Source of the DNA: an uncultured delta proteobacterium
GTDB taxonomy: Bacteria > Myxococcota_A > UBA9160 > SMWR01
Reading direction: 5' to 3'
NCBI GenBank assembly: GCA_963832165.1
Contig: CAWHTE010000011.1
Coordinates: 320,001-384,000, forward strand
DNA length: 64,000 nucleotides
Made by a program: the position numbers and the translations under genes. Below are positions 44,163 to 53,539 of the stretch, piece by piece. The notes below the pieces were generated by a model that ran no database searches, had not been told where the DNA came from, and worked only from the letters and a program-made list of their open reading frames with translations. Numbering within the stretch: position 1 is the first letter of the stretch; every line of letters begins with the position of its first letter.

Positions 44163-44288
44163 CTACAGCACCAGATCGAGTGTGCGCACGCTCGAGAAGC
44201 GCTTCGCGACGTCGGACCAGTCCACGAGCTTCCAGAACGCCTTCACCCAATCTCCCTTGACGTTCTCCGGGAGCGTGTACTTCACCAT
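44163..44288 (-). pseudogene. Internally deleted Fe/Mn-SOD remnant (41 aa)
   Basis: SOD N-terminus MVKYTLPE joined directly to SOD C-terminus NVKGDWVKAFWKLVDWSDVAKRF. Confidence 0.7.
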
Positions 44289-44322
44289 TGGATCACTCCC
44301 TTGCAAGCGTCGGGACCTGATG

Positions 44323-44363
44323 AAAAGCGAAACCCCTCCGGAGCGTCGCCGCAACGGAGGGGT
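44323..44363 (-). terminator. Rho-independent terminator after the BON gene
   Basis: ACCCCTCCG/CGGAGGGGT stem followed by TTCGCTTTT on the minus strand. Confidence 0.7.
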
Positions 44364-44378
44364 CTGCCACGATGCCTG

Positions 44379-44714
44379 CTATTTGTCGGTCTTCAACGCG
44401 AGGGCATTGTGCACGTCTTTGACACCCTCGACGTGCTTCGCCACATCCACCGCCTGGGCGATCTGCGCGGAGGATGCGACCTCGCCGGACAGGGTGACGA
44501 CGCCCTTGGTGGATTCCACGCTGATCGGGAGCGATTTCAGATTCTTTTCGGTGAGGAGCGCCGCCTTGACCTTGGTGGTTAGCGCCGAATCCTCGATGTA
44601 ATCGCCGGTCTTTGCCGCGGCGGTGGGAGCCTCGGCATTGGCAGCCAGGGAGACCGCCGGTCCGGCGGCAAGCACACATGCAGCAACGAACATCAGAGCT
44701 TTCAGATTCTTCAT
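44379..44714 (-). CDS. Single-BON-domain exported protein (OsmY-like)
   Basis: Signal peptide; DSALTTKVKAALL...GVVTLSG...VEGVKDV. Confidence 0.9.
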   Translation of the reverse strand: MKNLKALMFVAACVLAAGPAVSLAANAEAPTAAAKTGDYIEDSALTTKVKAALLTEKNLKSLPISVESTKGVVTLSGEVASSAQIAQAVDVAKHVEGVKDVHNALALKTDK

Positions 44715-44770
44715 TCGGGGACCCTTCCTTTGTTACGCTCGCGCAAGACGCCGGGCGCGGTGAGCAACGC

Positions 44771-45169
44771 CTAGCTTGGGTGGCGCACGGCCGCTCGCGC
44801 GATCAACAAGCTGGCGACGAATATTACGAGCCCGGTCGCCTCCGGAATCGGCAGCGCGGTGCTCCGCGGGTCACGCATGGGCACGGCGAGCCGCGTCGAG
44901 ATCCGATCGCGCCACTCGTGCGCTCGCCAGTCCTCGCGAAGGCCCGGCGGAAGCTCGTCACTCTCGAACCGACCCGGCGGAAGGTCGTCGACGAGAATGG
45001 GAGACGCGCCATCGTAGAGCGGGACGCCACGCTCCGGCGAATTCAACTGGATCGACGAATCGTCGCGGTCCGCTTGCTTCTGACAGGAGTCGTCGAGGCA
45101 CGGCACGGCCTGCGCGGGAGTGCAGAGCAGCGCAAGACCGAAGGCGAGAATCCACTTCGGACGCAGCAA
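44771..45169 (-). CDS. Exported protein with PEP-CTERM-like tail
   Basis: Signal peptide AQA; C-terminal PIPE + TM + basic residues. Confidence 0.6.
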   Translation of the reverse strand: MLRPKWILAFGLALLCTPAQAVPCLDDSCQKQADRDDSSIQLNSPERGVPLYDGASPILVDDLPPGRFESDELPPGLREDWRAHEWRDRISTRLAVPMRDPRSTALPIPEATGLVIFVASLLIARAAVRHPS

Positions 45170-45199
45170 TTGGGGCGTTCCTTTCGCGTGACCACCGGA

Positions 45200-45246
45200 A
45201 CGCTAGTTCGGTTGGGGAACGGCCAGTATCCGCGGATCCGGGTATA
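45200..45246 (-). promoter_or_regulatory. Island box + -10-like hexamer
   Basis: TATCCG-CG-GATC-CG-GGTATA (45227-45246), 21 nt, TAGCGT. Confidence 0.72.
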
Positions 45247-45310
45247 CCGAGTCGCGACACCGTGGAGAATGTCGCGATGACGTGCACCGGCGTGCGAATC
45301 GCGACGCCCT

Positions 45311-46864
45311 CTAGCGCGCCAGCCCCAACGCGGCGCGGTCCGCGCATCCGATCGCGACGAGGAACATCACGCTCTTGCCGGCGGCGTGCGGCGAGAAGAA
45401 CTCCGTGACCTCGTCGTCGTAGAAGGTGAGCCCCGTGGCGCCTAACCCCTGCGCGTAGGCCGCGAGATACAGACGGCCGCCGATGATTCCCCCCTCGAGC
45501 TGAGCGGCGCGATAGCCGCGATTGCCGAATCGGTCGAGGACGCGCGGCAGATCCACCAGGCTGTAGATGTTGACGGCCGCGTCGGCGGCCAGCGGCTGAT
45601 CGAGCGCGAGGTGCCCCGCCTCGCTCCGGAGGCTTCCCTCGCGCAGCAGCTCGAGCGATCGCTCGGCGCGCCGGTAGGTGTAGCTGCCGGGAGCGAGGCC
45701 TTCGACCGCGTTCACGATCAGATAGAGATCCAGCAGCGTTCCGTCCGGAGGCGCCAGGAAGTCGGCGGGTATGTCTGCGGACGCGCACTCGAGCGCTCGC
45801 GAGAGTGCTTCGAAGGAGATCGATCTCATGCGGTCGAACGCTCGGGTCGATCCGCGCCGCCGGATCACGTGATCGAGTGACTCTTCCGGCGGCGGGGAAT
45901 CGAGGCGTAGACGCGTAAGCGCTCCCTTCGGTGCGGGCTCCTTGCGCGCGGAAGAGCTCCCCTTCCAGATCCGCGCCTCGTCGCCATCGGCGAGCGATGA
46001 GGCGGCGTGGGCGCGTCGGATCTCCGGGAAGTCGATCTCCTTTCGTGAGAGCGGCCGGGTTGCGAGCTCGAGCTTCATCGGGCTGGAGGCCGGCGGTGCC
46101 GGGTGAAGCGCGTGCCCGAGAGGGACGCAGGTGAGCGTCCCCTCGCGTCGCGGATCGAGACCCAAAAGGCGTTCCACCGGTCCGTCCGCCCAGCCGAGGA
46201 CGATTCGCGGTGAGAGCTCCTCGGTCGCGGCGACAGCGAGCAGGTTGGCGTGCAAGGTGCCCGCGTCCCAGAAGCAGTGCCGCCACGCGCGCGCTTGATA
46301 CTTCCAGCTGTTGCGCCAGTACGTCGATGCGCTCACCACCAAGACCGGCGCGCGCGCGAGCGCCGGATCACCGCCCGCCGCCTCCACCAGAACGCCGCGC
46401 CAGTCGCCCTCTCGCAAACGTGTCAGCGTGAAGTCGTGCGGGCCGAAGTGATAGGCGCCCGCCGGGAGCGCCTCGAGGTCGCCCGTCACGAGGTACAGAT
46501 CCACGTGGTGGAGCGCGCCGGTGTTGGCGTAGGCGCGGAGATAGATCTCTCCACCTGGGTGACGCTTGCGCTTGGTGATCCCCGCCGAGAGCTGGAGCAC
46601 GCGCGAGAGTGCCCGGAGATCCGGGCTGCGCGTGCCGAGCGATCCGCGCTTCGTGGACGAGCGGCTCGCCATTGCGGTGAGCGCTGGGATCGCCGGCTCG
46701 GAGAAGTCCCGCGGAAGAGCGATCCGATCGAGATCCGGATAAACCTTGAACGGAAGCGGACGATTCTCCCAGTCGAGCGCGTAGCGGCTCGCCCGCACAC
46801 TCTGCGGGCTGTGCTTCGTCGCCTCGTGGTAGGTGACGATCTCGTGGATATCCCGGTTCCCCAT
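45311..46864 (-). CDS. SagB/ThcOx-type two-domain nitroreductase-fold dehydrogenase
   Basis: YHEATKHS, LRAYANTGAL, WKYQARA, IRRRGSTRAF, GATGLTFYDD. Confidence 0.85.
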   Translation of the reverse strand: MGNRDIHEIVTYHEATKHSPQSVRASRYALDWENRPLPFKVYPDLDRIALPRDFSEPAIPALTAMASRSSTKRGSLGTRSPDLRALSRVLQLSAGITKRKRHPGGEIYLRAYANTGALHHVDLYLVTGDLEALPAGAYHFGPHDFTLTRLREGDWRGVLVEAAGGDPALARAPVLVVSASTYWRNSWKYQARAWRHCFWDAGTLHANLLAVAATEELSPRIVLGWADGPVERLLGLDPRREGTLTCVPLGHALHPAPPASSPMKLELATRPLSRKEIDFPEIRRAHAASSLADGDEARIWKGSSSARKEPAPKGALTRLRLDSPPPEESLDHVIRRRGSTRAFDRMRSISFEALSRALECASADIPADFLAPPDGTLLDLYLIVNAVEGLAPGSYTYRRAERSLELLREGSLRSEAGHLALDQPLAADAAVNIYSLVDLPRVLDRFGNRGYRAAQLEGGIIGGRLYLAAYAQGLGATGLTFYDDEVTEFFSPHAAGKSVMFLVAIGCADRAALGLAR

Positions 46865-46898
46865 CGTCACCACTAGCGACGGAGCCGTCGCTTACCGA

Positions 46899-47117
46899 CT
46901 AGCTCGGTTTGAACGCCAGCAGCGCGACCCCGCCAACCACGATCGCGCAAACGCCAGCCCACACCGGGACGTTGACGGTTTCCCTGTCCTTCACCGACAG
47001 CTCGAGCGGGCCGATCTTGGCCTCGTGGGTCTCCTTGGTGTAGCTGAAGCCACCGTACGCCAGCCCAAGGATGCCGCATACCATCAGCACGATTCCGACC
47101 ATCTTGATTGCGCTCAT
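46899..47117 (-). CDS. DUF3185-like small membrane protein
   Basis: GLAYGGFSYTKETHEAKIGPLELSV...VPVWAG. Confidence 0.8.
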   Translation of the reverse strand: MSAIKMVGIVLMVCGILGLAYGGFSYTKETHEAKIGPLELSVKDRETVNVPVWAGVCAIVVGGVALLAFKPS

Positions 47118-47150
47118 CTCGTATCGCCTCGGATCAACCCGGAGTTCGAC

Positions 47151-47318
47151 TCAGCGCAGTGCGCGCTTGGCCTTATCGATCAGATTCTCGGCCTTCTTTT
47201 TGATCTTCCCGACGGCCTGGTCGGTCTTCCCCTGCCGCTTCAGTCCCTTGTCGTTGGTCAAAACTCCCGCAGCTTCCTTCACCCGACCCTTCAGTTCATC
47301 AGCCTTGCCACTCGCCAT
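47151..47318 (-). CDS. csbD: CsbD-family stress protein (55 aa)
   Basis: MASGKADELKGRVKEAAGVLTNDKGLKRQGKTDQAVGKIK; AGGAGG RBS; not in the ORF track. Confidence 0.88.
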   Translation of the reverse strand: MASGKADELKGRVKEAAGVLTNDKGLKRQGKTDQAVGKIKKKAENLIDKAKRALR

Positions 47319-47355
47319 GTTCGATTCCTCCTGATTGTTTCCTGCCGACCGTCAG

Positions 47356-47619
47356 TTACTGCTGCGGTCGACGCTTCGCTTCGATTCGATCACCCACCTT
47401 CAATCCCTTGAGCGTCTCGTCGGACGCCTCGAACTCGTGGGGCTTGCCGTCGCTGCTGCGCACCGTCACGCGGCTCCGATCGAGATCGATCTTCGTCACC
47501 TCTCCCGCGACGACCTCGGAAGCCTGCTCCACTGCCAACGCCGTCCGCGGCGCGACGAAGATGCCTAGCCCCAGGGCGACCGTCAGCGCGATCGCTGCGA
47601 GACCGAGACTCTTCCTCAT
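47356..47619 (-). CDS. Small exported OB-fold-like protein
   Basis: Signal peptide ALA; GEVTKID...LKVGDRI. Confidence 0.7.
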   Translation of the reverse strand: MRKSLGLAAIALTVALGLGIFVAPRTALAVEQASEVVAGEVTKIDLDRSRVTVRSSDGKPHEFEASDETLKGLKVGDRIEAKRRPQQ

Positions 47620-47629
47620 GACTCCTCCT

Positions 47630-47857
47630 CTAATCTTCATCGTTCGATTCGTGTCGGGTGATGTCATAGATGGCGCCCGCTACCGCGCCGACACCCGTGC
47701 CGATCATTGCGCCCTTGCCGGCCCCGTAGCCCGTCGAGGCACCGATGGCCGCGCCGCCAGCCGCCCCCACCGCGGCACCGGTTAGGGTCCCGCAACCCGC
47801 GAAGATCAGGGCTGCGAGCATCAGGGCCAGAATCGCCCTCGTTATGCGAGCCGTCAT
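47630..47857 (-). CDS. Glycine-zipper lipoprotein (OsmB-like)
   Basis: Lipobox FAGC; GAAVGAAGGAAIG...GAMIGTGVGAVAG. Confidence 0.82.
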   Translation of the reverse strand: MTARITRAILALMLAALIFAGCGTLTGAAVGAAGGAAIGASTGYGAGKGAMIGTGVGAVAGAIYDITRHESNDED

Positions 47858-48038
47858 TGGGGATCCCGACGCTTCACCATCGAGCTCAAGGCGAAGACTG
47901 CGATTGCACCGAGGACGATCGAAACCATGAATGCCAACGGGTGCCTCCTGTCCCCTTCGACTTCGTCGGCGTGGGGAGAGCCGCGACGATCTGCCTCGAG
48001 CCGAGTAGCGCGTGGGCCTCTACTCGATGCAGGCAATC

Positions 48039-48085
48039 AAGCTAGTCGCGCACGAAACGCGTCGATATCCACGGATCCGGGGGTA
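48039..48085 (-). promoter_or_regulatory. Island box + -10-like hexamer (glycine zipper-csbD operon)
   Basis: TATCCA-CG-GATC-CG-GGGGTA (48066-48085), 21 nt, TAGCTT. Confidence 0.7.
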
Positions 48086-48489
48086 CCACGCGGGGAAAGT
48101 GTTGATTCGTTGCGGAGAGTGCGGTTCGCAGCCGCTTCATCGCGCCGCGGCAGTGACGCGACCCGGTACGCAGTACGAGACGTCGCGCGGTGCGAGCGAT
48201 GCTGCGCGTCATCCACGCCGCCTTCGCCGACCACCTCGACGCACTCGGTCACTTCCGGGACGTGGCCCACGATCCTCCTCACGTCGACTAGCTCGTGACG
48301 GGGAGCGGCTTCGACCGCCCGCGCTTCGAGGCGCTCTGGGGTGACGTCGCGCGCTTCATCGCCGGCGACGCACCGAGCAGACGGCGAACGAAGGCCCGGC
48401 CGAAGGTGTGAATTGCTCACGGCTGGCGGCGCGTTAGTTCTCGAGACTCCACGAGATCGTCACTGGAACCTCGGACTTCCGCGGGTGAC

Positions 48490-48509
48490 TTTCCCGGGAT
48501 CTGTGGATG
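48490..48509. promoter_or_regulatory. Island 20-bp box
   Basis: TTTCCC-GG-GATC-TG-TGGATG. Confidence 0.6.
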
Positions 48510-48565
48510 GACCACCCAGCACCCGCTTTGCCACGCTCTCGCCGCTCGGGACGGGAACCCGGAGT

Positions 48566-49016
48566 GATGGACCAGGGGGTGGCGATGAGCGAGTGGGCGG
48601 GCCTCAGCGTAGGCTTCTTCGGCGGGGCGCGAGCGAGCCGTCGATCTCGGATCCATGGTAGGCGCATCCTCTATGTCGACGACGAGCTCTCGATGCGGCT
48701 CGCGGTGGCGCGCGTGCTGCGCGGCGCTGGCGCGGTCTGTCTCGGCTCCGCTACTCACGACCAGGCCGTCGTGCTGCTCGCGTTCGAACCCCGCGTCGAC
48801 TTGGCGATTCTCGATTTTCAGATGCCAGACGGCGACGTGGGCCGTCTGGTGAAACGCCTGCACTGGCAGCGCTCCGCTCTGCCGCTGGTGGGGACGAGCG
48901 GTTCGGATCAGCGCGCCGAGTTCGCCGCGCGGGGAGTCGACCGCTTCCTGCCGAAGCCCTGGGCGCTCGATGATCTGATCCGCGTCGCGGATTGGTCGGA
49001 AGTGCCTGTCAGTTGA
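48566..49016 (+). CDS. Single-domain response regulator
   Basis: ILYVDDE, ILDFQMP, TSG, LPKPW; start uncertain. Confidence 0.8.
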
Positions 49017-49092
49017 ATGCCACGTCTCCGGCGAGTGAAATCCCGCCGTTCCGCGAATCGAGCTGGATCGAATCCACACCTTCCACGCGCGA

Positions 49093-49140
49093 TCTACCGG
49101 GATCTGGGGATACTCGCGATCCTTCCTTCTACGGTAGTGT
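49093..49140 (+). promoter_or_regulatory. Island box + -10-like hexamer (cheBR operon)
   Basis: TCTACC-GG-GATC-TG-GGGATA (49093-49112), 22 nt, TAGTGT. Confidence 0.62.
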
Positions 49141-49267
49141 GGGTAATTCCCTCTCCGGGGGCAGGCGGCTTTGACGCAGCGAAGCCTGCTCGTGGCGGCG
49201 GATCTTTTGATTGCACGGGGAGCTGGCACCCGGCCCGTCCGTTCAGCCCAACAGCAAGAGTGTCACC

Positions 49268-52200
49268 ATGGCCGGCAAGAGAGGTACGACTCGCGCCCCG
49301 CGAATCTCCGGCAGGAAGCGAAAACCTGCCCCCCAGAAGGCGAGTGAGGGCGCGCCGAAGCAGCCCGGTTCGGGCCCCGTTTTCACCGGGTCCGTTTCGG
49401 CGCGCGCACCGGACACGGGGCCTCTGATCGTCGGAGTTGGAGGTTCGGCCGGTTCGCTCTCGCCGCTGCGCGAGTTCCTTGCAGCGATCCCCGCGGACTG
49501 CGGCATCGCATTCGTCGTCGTGAGCCACCAGGCCTCCGCGGGTCACAGCTTGCTCCCTGGGATCCTCGCGAAGTGCACCGAGATGACGGTGCGCGAGATC
49601 GGCGAGGAGACCCGCGTCGAACCGAATCACGTCTACGTCGAGTCGCACGGGCACCCTGTGGCGATTCGAGGCGGGATGTTGAGCCTCGAGCCGATCGCCG
49701 TGCGCAGCGTTCCGCATCTGCCGATCGATCTGTTCTTCCGCGCGCTCGCCCGCGATCAGGGGCGCCACGCCGCCGGCATCGTGCTCTCCGGAACCGGAAC
49801 CGATGGCACGCTGGGTCTCGCAGCGATCCGCGCAGCATCCGGCCTCTCCCTGGTGCAGGATCCCGCGACCGCCGAGTTCGATGGAATGCCGGTCAGCGCT
49901 ATCCAAGCACACGCAGCGGACTTCGTCCTATCGCCGGCGGAAATGCGAGCGCGCCTGCTCGTCCATCGGGATGGGCTCGCCTCGCTGGCGCGCCCAGACG
50001 GCGCGCCCGAGTTCGCAAGCAGCGAGATCGAGAGGGTCCTCGCGGTGATGCGCCATCGCGCAGGCCGCGATTTCTCCGAATACAAGCACGCAACGCTGGC
50101 TCGCCGCATCGCGCGGAGAATGCATCTCCGCGGTATCGACGGCGTGGAGGCGTACGCGCGTTTCCTGGATCAGAGCGACGCCGAGGTCGATGCCCTCTGG
50201 CATGACTGGCTGATCGGGGTCAGCAGCTTTTTTCGCGACCCGGAAGTCTTCCAGGCACTGGAGGCCGCGCTTCCGGACCTGCTCGCCGGGCGCGAAGACG
50301 GCTCTCCGCTGCGGATCTGGGTCCCGGGTTGTGCGACCGGTGAAGAGGCCTATTCACTCGTCATCGTCCTGCTCGAGGTCCTGACAAGGCTGGAGATGCA
50401 CCTGGAAGTGCAGGTGTTCGCTACGGACCTCAACCCCGCAGCGATCCAGGTCGCCCGTGCGGGGCGCTATGCCGAGGGCATCGCGGTGGATGTCGGCGAA
50501 CAGCGCCTCGACCGGTTCTTCTCGAGAGAAGGCGAGCTCCATCGCGTCAAGAAGGAGGTGCGCGATCTCGTGGTCTTCGCGGTTCAAGACGCCCTGCGCG
50601 ACCCGCCCTTTACCCGCGTAGATCTCGTGTCGTGCCGGAACTTCCTGATCTATTTGGAGCCCAGCGCGCAGCGGCGCCTGTTCGGGTCCTTCCACTACAG
50701 CCTGACTCCTGGAGGACTGCTTCTGCTCGGTTCATCCGAGAGCGTCACCGGCTCCGAGTCGTTCTTCGCGCCGCTCGACGGACATTGCAAGATCTTCCGG
50801 CGCAACGACGCTACCGCGCGGCAGCCGACGTTGCGCTTTCCGGCAACACACGGCGCGTACCTAGACGCTGCGGCGGGCGCTCCCTCCGTCGGTGCAAAGA
50901 CCGATCTGGCAAGCCCGCTGCGCAGGGCGCTGGCGGAGCGCTTCGGTCCGCCGGCCGTGCTCGTCGACGAGCGGGGACAGATCCAGCAGATCCATGGGCG
51001 CGTGGGTGCCTACCTCGAGCTGCCAGCGGGGCGAGTCAACGTGAACATCGTCGACATGGCGAGGGAAGGTCTCCGGGCACCGCTTGCCTCGGCGCTTCGC
51101 GAGGCGATCGAAACGGATGGCCAGGTCGCAGAGCGAAGCGTCCGCGTTCTCGTCGAAGGAGACCGGCTCGCGTTGCATGTGAAAGTGGCGCGGCTGCTCG
51201 AGCCGGGCCTCGTGCCACGGCTGTTCCTCGTCTCGTTCGAGCCGGCGGAACGCGGCGCACGGCAGCGCGCGCGGAAGAGCGAGCCGATCGCCGGGGCACG
51301 CAGGGGTCGAGGCGGGGTGAAGCTGGAGGAGGAGCTCCGGAATACGCGGAACGACCTACAAGGCAGCATCGACGAGCTCCAGGCGGCGAACGAGGAGCTG
51401 GCCTCCGCGAACGAAGAAGCGCAATCGGCGAACGAGGAGCTTCAGAGCACGAACGAAGAGCTCCAGACTGCCAAGGAGGAGACGCAATCGCTCAACGAGG
51501 AGCTCCATACCGTGAATGCAGAGCTCACGGAGAAACTCGAAAACTTCCAGCGGGCGACCGACGACCTGCTGAATCTGATGAACAACATCGAGATCGCCAC
51601 CATCTTCCTGGACGAACAGCTGCGGGTGAAGCGCTTCACGCCGCAGGCGCGCAATGTCGCGCGCCTGATCGACGCCGATATCGGGCGTCCGCTGGCCGAC
51701 CTGGCCACAGTCCTCGACTACCCCGACCTTCTGTCGGACGCGGCGAGCGTGATCGAGACCCTTCACGCTTCGGAGACGCAGGCGGCCGCTCCCGGCGGAA
51801 GCTGGTACCTCGTGCGAATCCGGCCCTATCGCACCGCGCGAAACACCGCCCAGGGCGTCGTCATAACATTCGTCGACATCACGGATGCGAAGCGCACTGA
51901 ACGCCTCCAGGCGGCGCGCGTGCTGGCGGAGAGCATCGTGGATGCGGTGCGCGAGCCCTTCCTGGTCCTGGACGGCAGGCTGCGCGTCGTGCGGGCGAAC
52001 CGCGCCTACTACCGGGCGTTCAGGGTCGAGCCGGAGCAGACCGACGGCCGGCTGATTGGAGAGCTCGGAAGTCAGCAGTGGAGCATCCCGATGCTGCGCG
52101 AGCGCCTGGAGAAGGCCCTGCAAGAGGGCACCGGCTTCGACGACTTCGAAGTGGAGCGTGAGTTTCCCCACCTCGGACGACGCAGGATGCTGTTGAACGC

Positions 52201-52312
52201 TCGACCGTTGTCGCCCGAGGATGGCACGGCCGCCGAGCTCGTCTTGCTCGGGATCCAGGAGCTCGGTGGGTCGCAGGCGGAGACGCCGAGAAGCGAGGGA
52301 GGGCGCCAATGA
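49268..52312 (+). CDS. CheB-CheR fusion with coiled coil and PAS domains (CheBR)
   Basis: CheB GGSAG/SH/SGTGTDG; CheR SFFRD, PGCATGEEAYS, SCRN; NEELQS heptads; PAS domains; no kinase domain. Confidence 0.92.
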   Translation: MAGKRGTTRAPRISGRKRKPAPQKASEGAPKQPGSGPVFTGSVSARAPDTGPLIVGVGGSAGSLSPLREFLAAIPADCGIAFVVVSHQASAGHSLLPGILAKCTEMTVREIGEETRVEPNHVYVESHGHPVAIRGGMLSLEPIAVRSVPHLPIDLFFRALARDQGRHAAGIVLSGTGTDGTLGLAAIRAASGLSLVQDPATAEFDGMPVSAIQAHAADFVLSPAEMRARLLVHRDGLASLARPDGAPEFASSEIERVLAVMRHRAGRDFSEYKHATLARRIARRMHLRGIDGVEAYARFLDQSDAEVDALWHDWLIGVSSFFRDPEVFQALEAALPDLLAGREDGSPLRIWVPGCATGEEAYSLVIVLLEVLTRLEMHLEVQVFATDLNPAAIQVARAGRYAEGIAVDVGEQRLDRFFSREGELHRVKKEVRDLVVFAVQDALRDPPFTRVDLVSCRNFLIYLEPSAQRRLFGSFHYSLTPGGLLLLGSSESVTGSESFFAPLDGHCKIFRRNDATARQPTLRFPATHGAYLDAAAGAPSVGAKTDLASPLRRALAERFGPPAVLVDERGQIQQIHGRVGAYLELPAGRVNVNIVDMAREGLRAPLASALREAIETDGQVAERSVRVLVEGDRLALHVKVARLLEPGLVPRLFLVSFEPAERGARQRARKSEPIAGARRGRGGVKLEEELRNTRNDLQGSIDELQAANEELASANEEAQSANEELQSTNEELQTAKEETQSLNEELHTVNAELTEKLENFQRATDDLLNLMNNIEIATIFLDEQLRVKRFTPQARNVARLIDADIGRPLADLATVLDYPDLLSDAASVIETLHASETQAAAPGGSWYLVRIRPYRTARNTAQGVVITFVDITDAKRTERLQAARVLAESIVDAVREPFLVLDGRLRVVRANRAYYRAFRVEPEQTDGRLIGELGSQQWSIPMLRERLEKALQEGTGFDDFEVEREFPHLGRRRMLLNARPLSPEDGTAAELVLLGIQELGGSQAETPRSEGGRQ

Positions 52313-53539
52313 GCTCCAGGAGCCACAGATCGCGGCCGCCCGACTCGCTCCGCGTGCTCGCCGATCAGCGGATGGCGGAGACAGCACCCGTCGATCTGGA
52401 GCGCCTCACGCCGAACGAGATCCAGGCCCTCATCTATGAGCTGGAGCTTCACAAGATCGAGTTGAAGATCCAGAACGAGCAGCTCTGGGAGGCGCAGCGA
52501 GCGACAGAGGTATCCAACGAGCGCTTTCGCCGTCTCTACGATGCGGCTCCGACCGGCTACCTGACGCTCGATTTCGACGGGATGATCGTCGAGGCGAACC
52601 TATCTATTTCCGTCATCCTGAAGACTTCGCGCCAACACCTGATCGGGAGAAAGCTTTCGGAGTTCGTCGTTGCGAATTGCCAGGATCGCTGGCATCTCGC
52701 GCGGCGTGATCTGATCGAGGGCCGGACGCGCAAGGATCTCATGCTGGAGATCGCGCCGGCCGACGGAAGTGCTGTCGACCTCCAGATCGTGGGCACGTCG
52801 GCGGCCGCTACCGAAGCCACGCCGAGAGAGATCCATCTCGTTCTGATCGACGTGACGGAGCAGCACAGGACGGAGCGCGCGTTGCAGGCTGCCGTGGTGG
52901 CGGCGACCCTGGCCGAAGAGAGGGAGCGCCGCAAGCTGGCGGCAGATCTGCACGACGACGCCGGCCAGCTGCTCTCGCTAGCGTCGCTCAAGCTGAACGC
53001 GTTAGGCGAAGCCCGCGAGGTGGAGCGGGGTGCCCGGATGGCCGAGCTGGAGGATCTGCTCGTGGTGATCCGCCGCCGGATCTCTTCGCTGAGCTTCCAG
53101 CTGAGCCCTCCGCTGCTTCACGATGTCGGGCTGATCGCGGCCCTCCAGTGGCTCGCAGAGGATCTGGAGGCCAGCCATGGCCTCTCGGTGAAGATCATCG
53201 AGGAGCATGAGTTGGACCTCGATGAGAACTCGCGCGTCACGTTCTACCGGGCGATTCGCGAGCTGCTCCTCAACGTGGTGAAGCACTCAGGTGTCAAGGA
53301 GACCCGCATCCGGGTGTCACGGGAGGGAGCGATGGCGCGGATTGCCGTGGAGGACGGTGGTGTCGGTATGCCCCCGAGAGCCAAGCGCCCGCGGCTTCGG
53401 ACTGCTGGCGCTGCGCGAGCGAGTGGAGCAGCTGGGCGGGTCGCTCGAAACCCGCAGCACTCCGGGCAGCGGAACCACGGTCGTGGTCAGCCTTCCGATC
53501 CGTCTCTCCCTACCCAACCTCGAAGGGGGTGCAAGATGA
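52309..53539 (+). CDS. PAS + HisKA_3 (NarX/UhpB-type) histidine kinase (frameshift near 53390)
   Basis: ELELHKIEL-QNEQL, ERERRKLAADLHD, NVVKHS, EDGGVG; GFGLLALRERV in the alternate frame. Confidence 0.88.
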
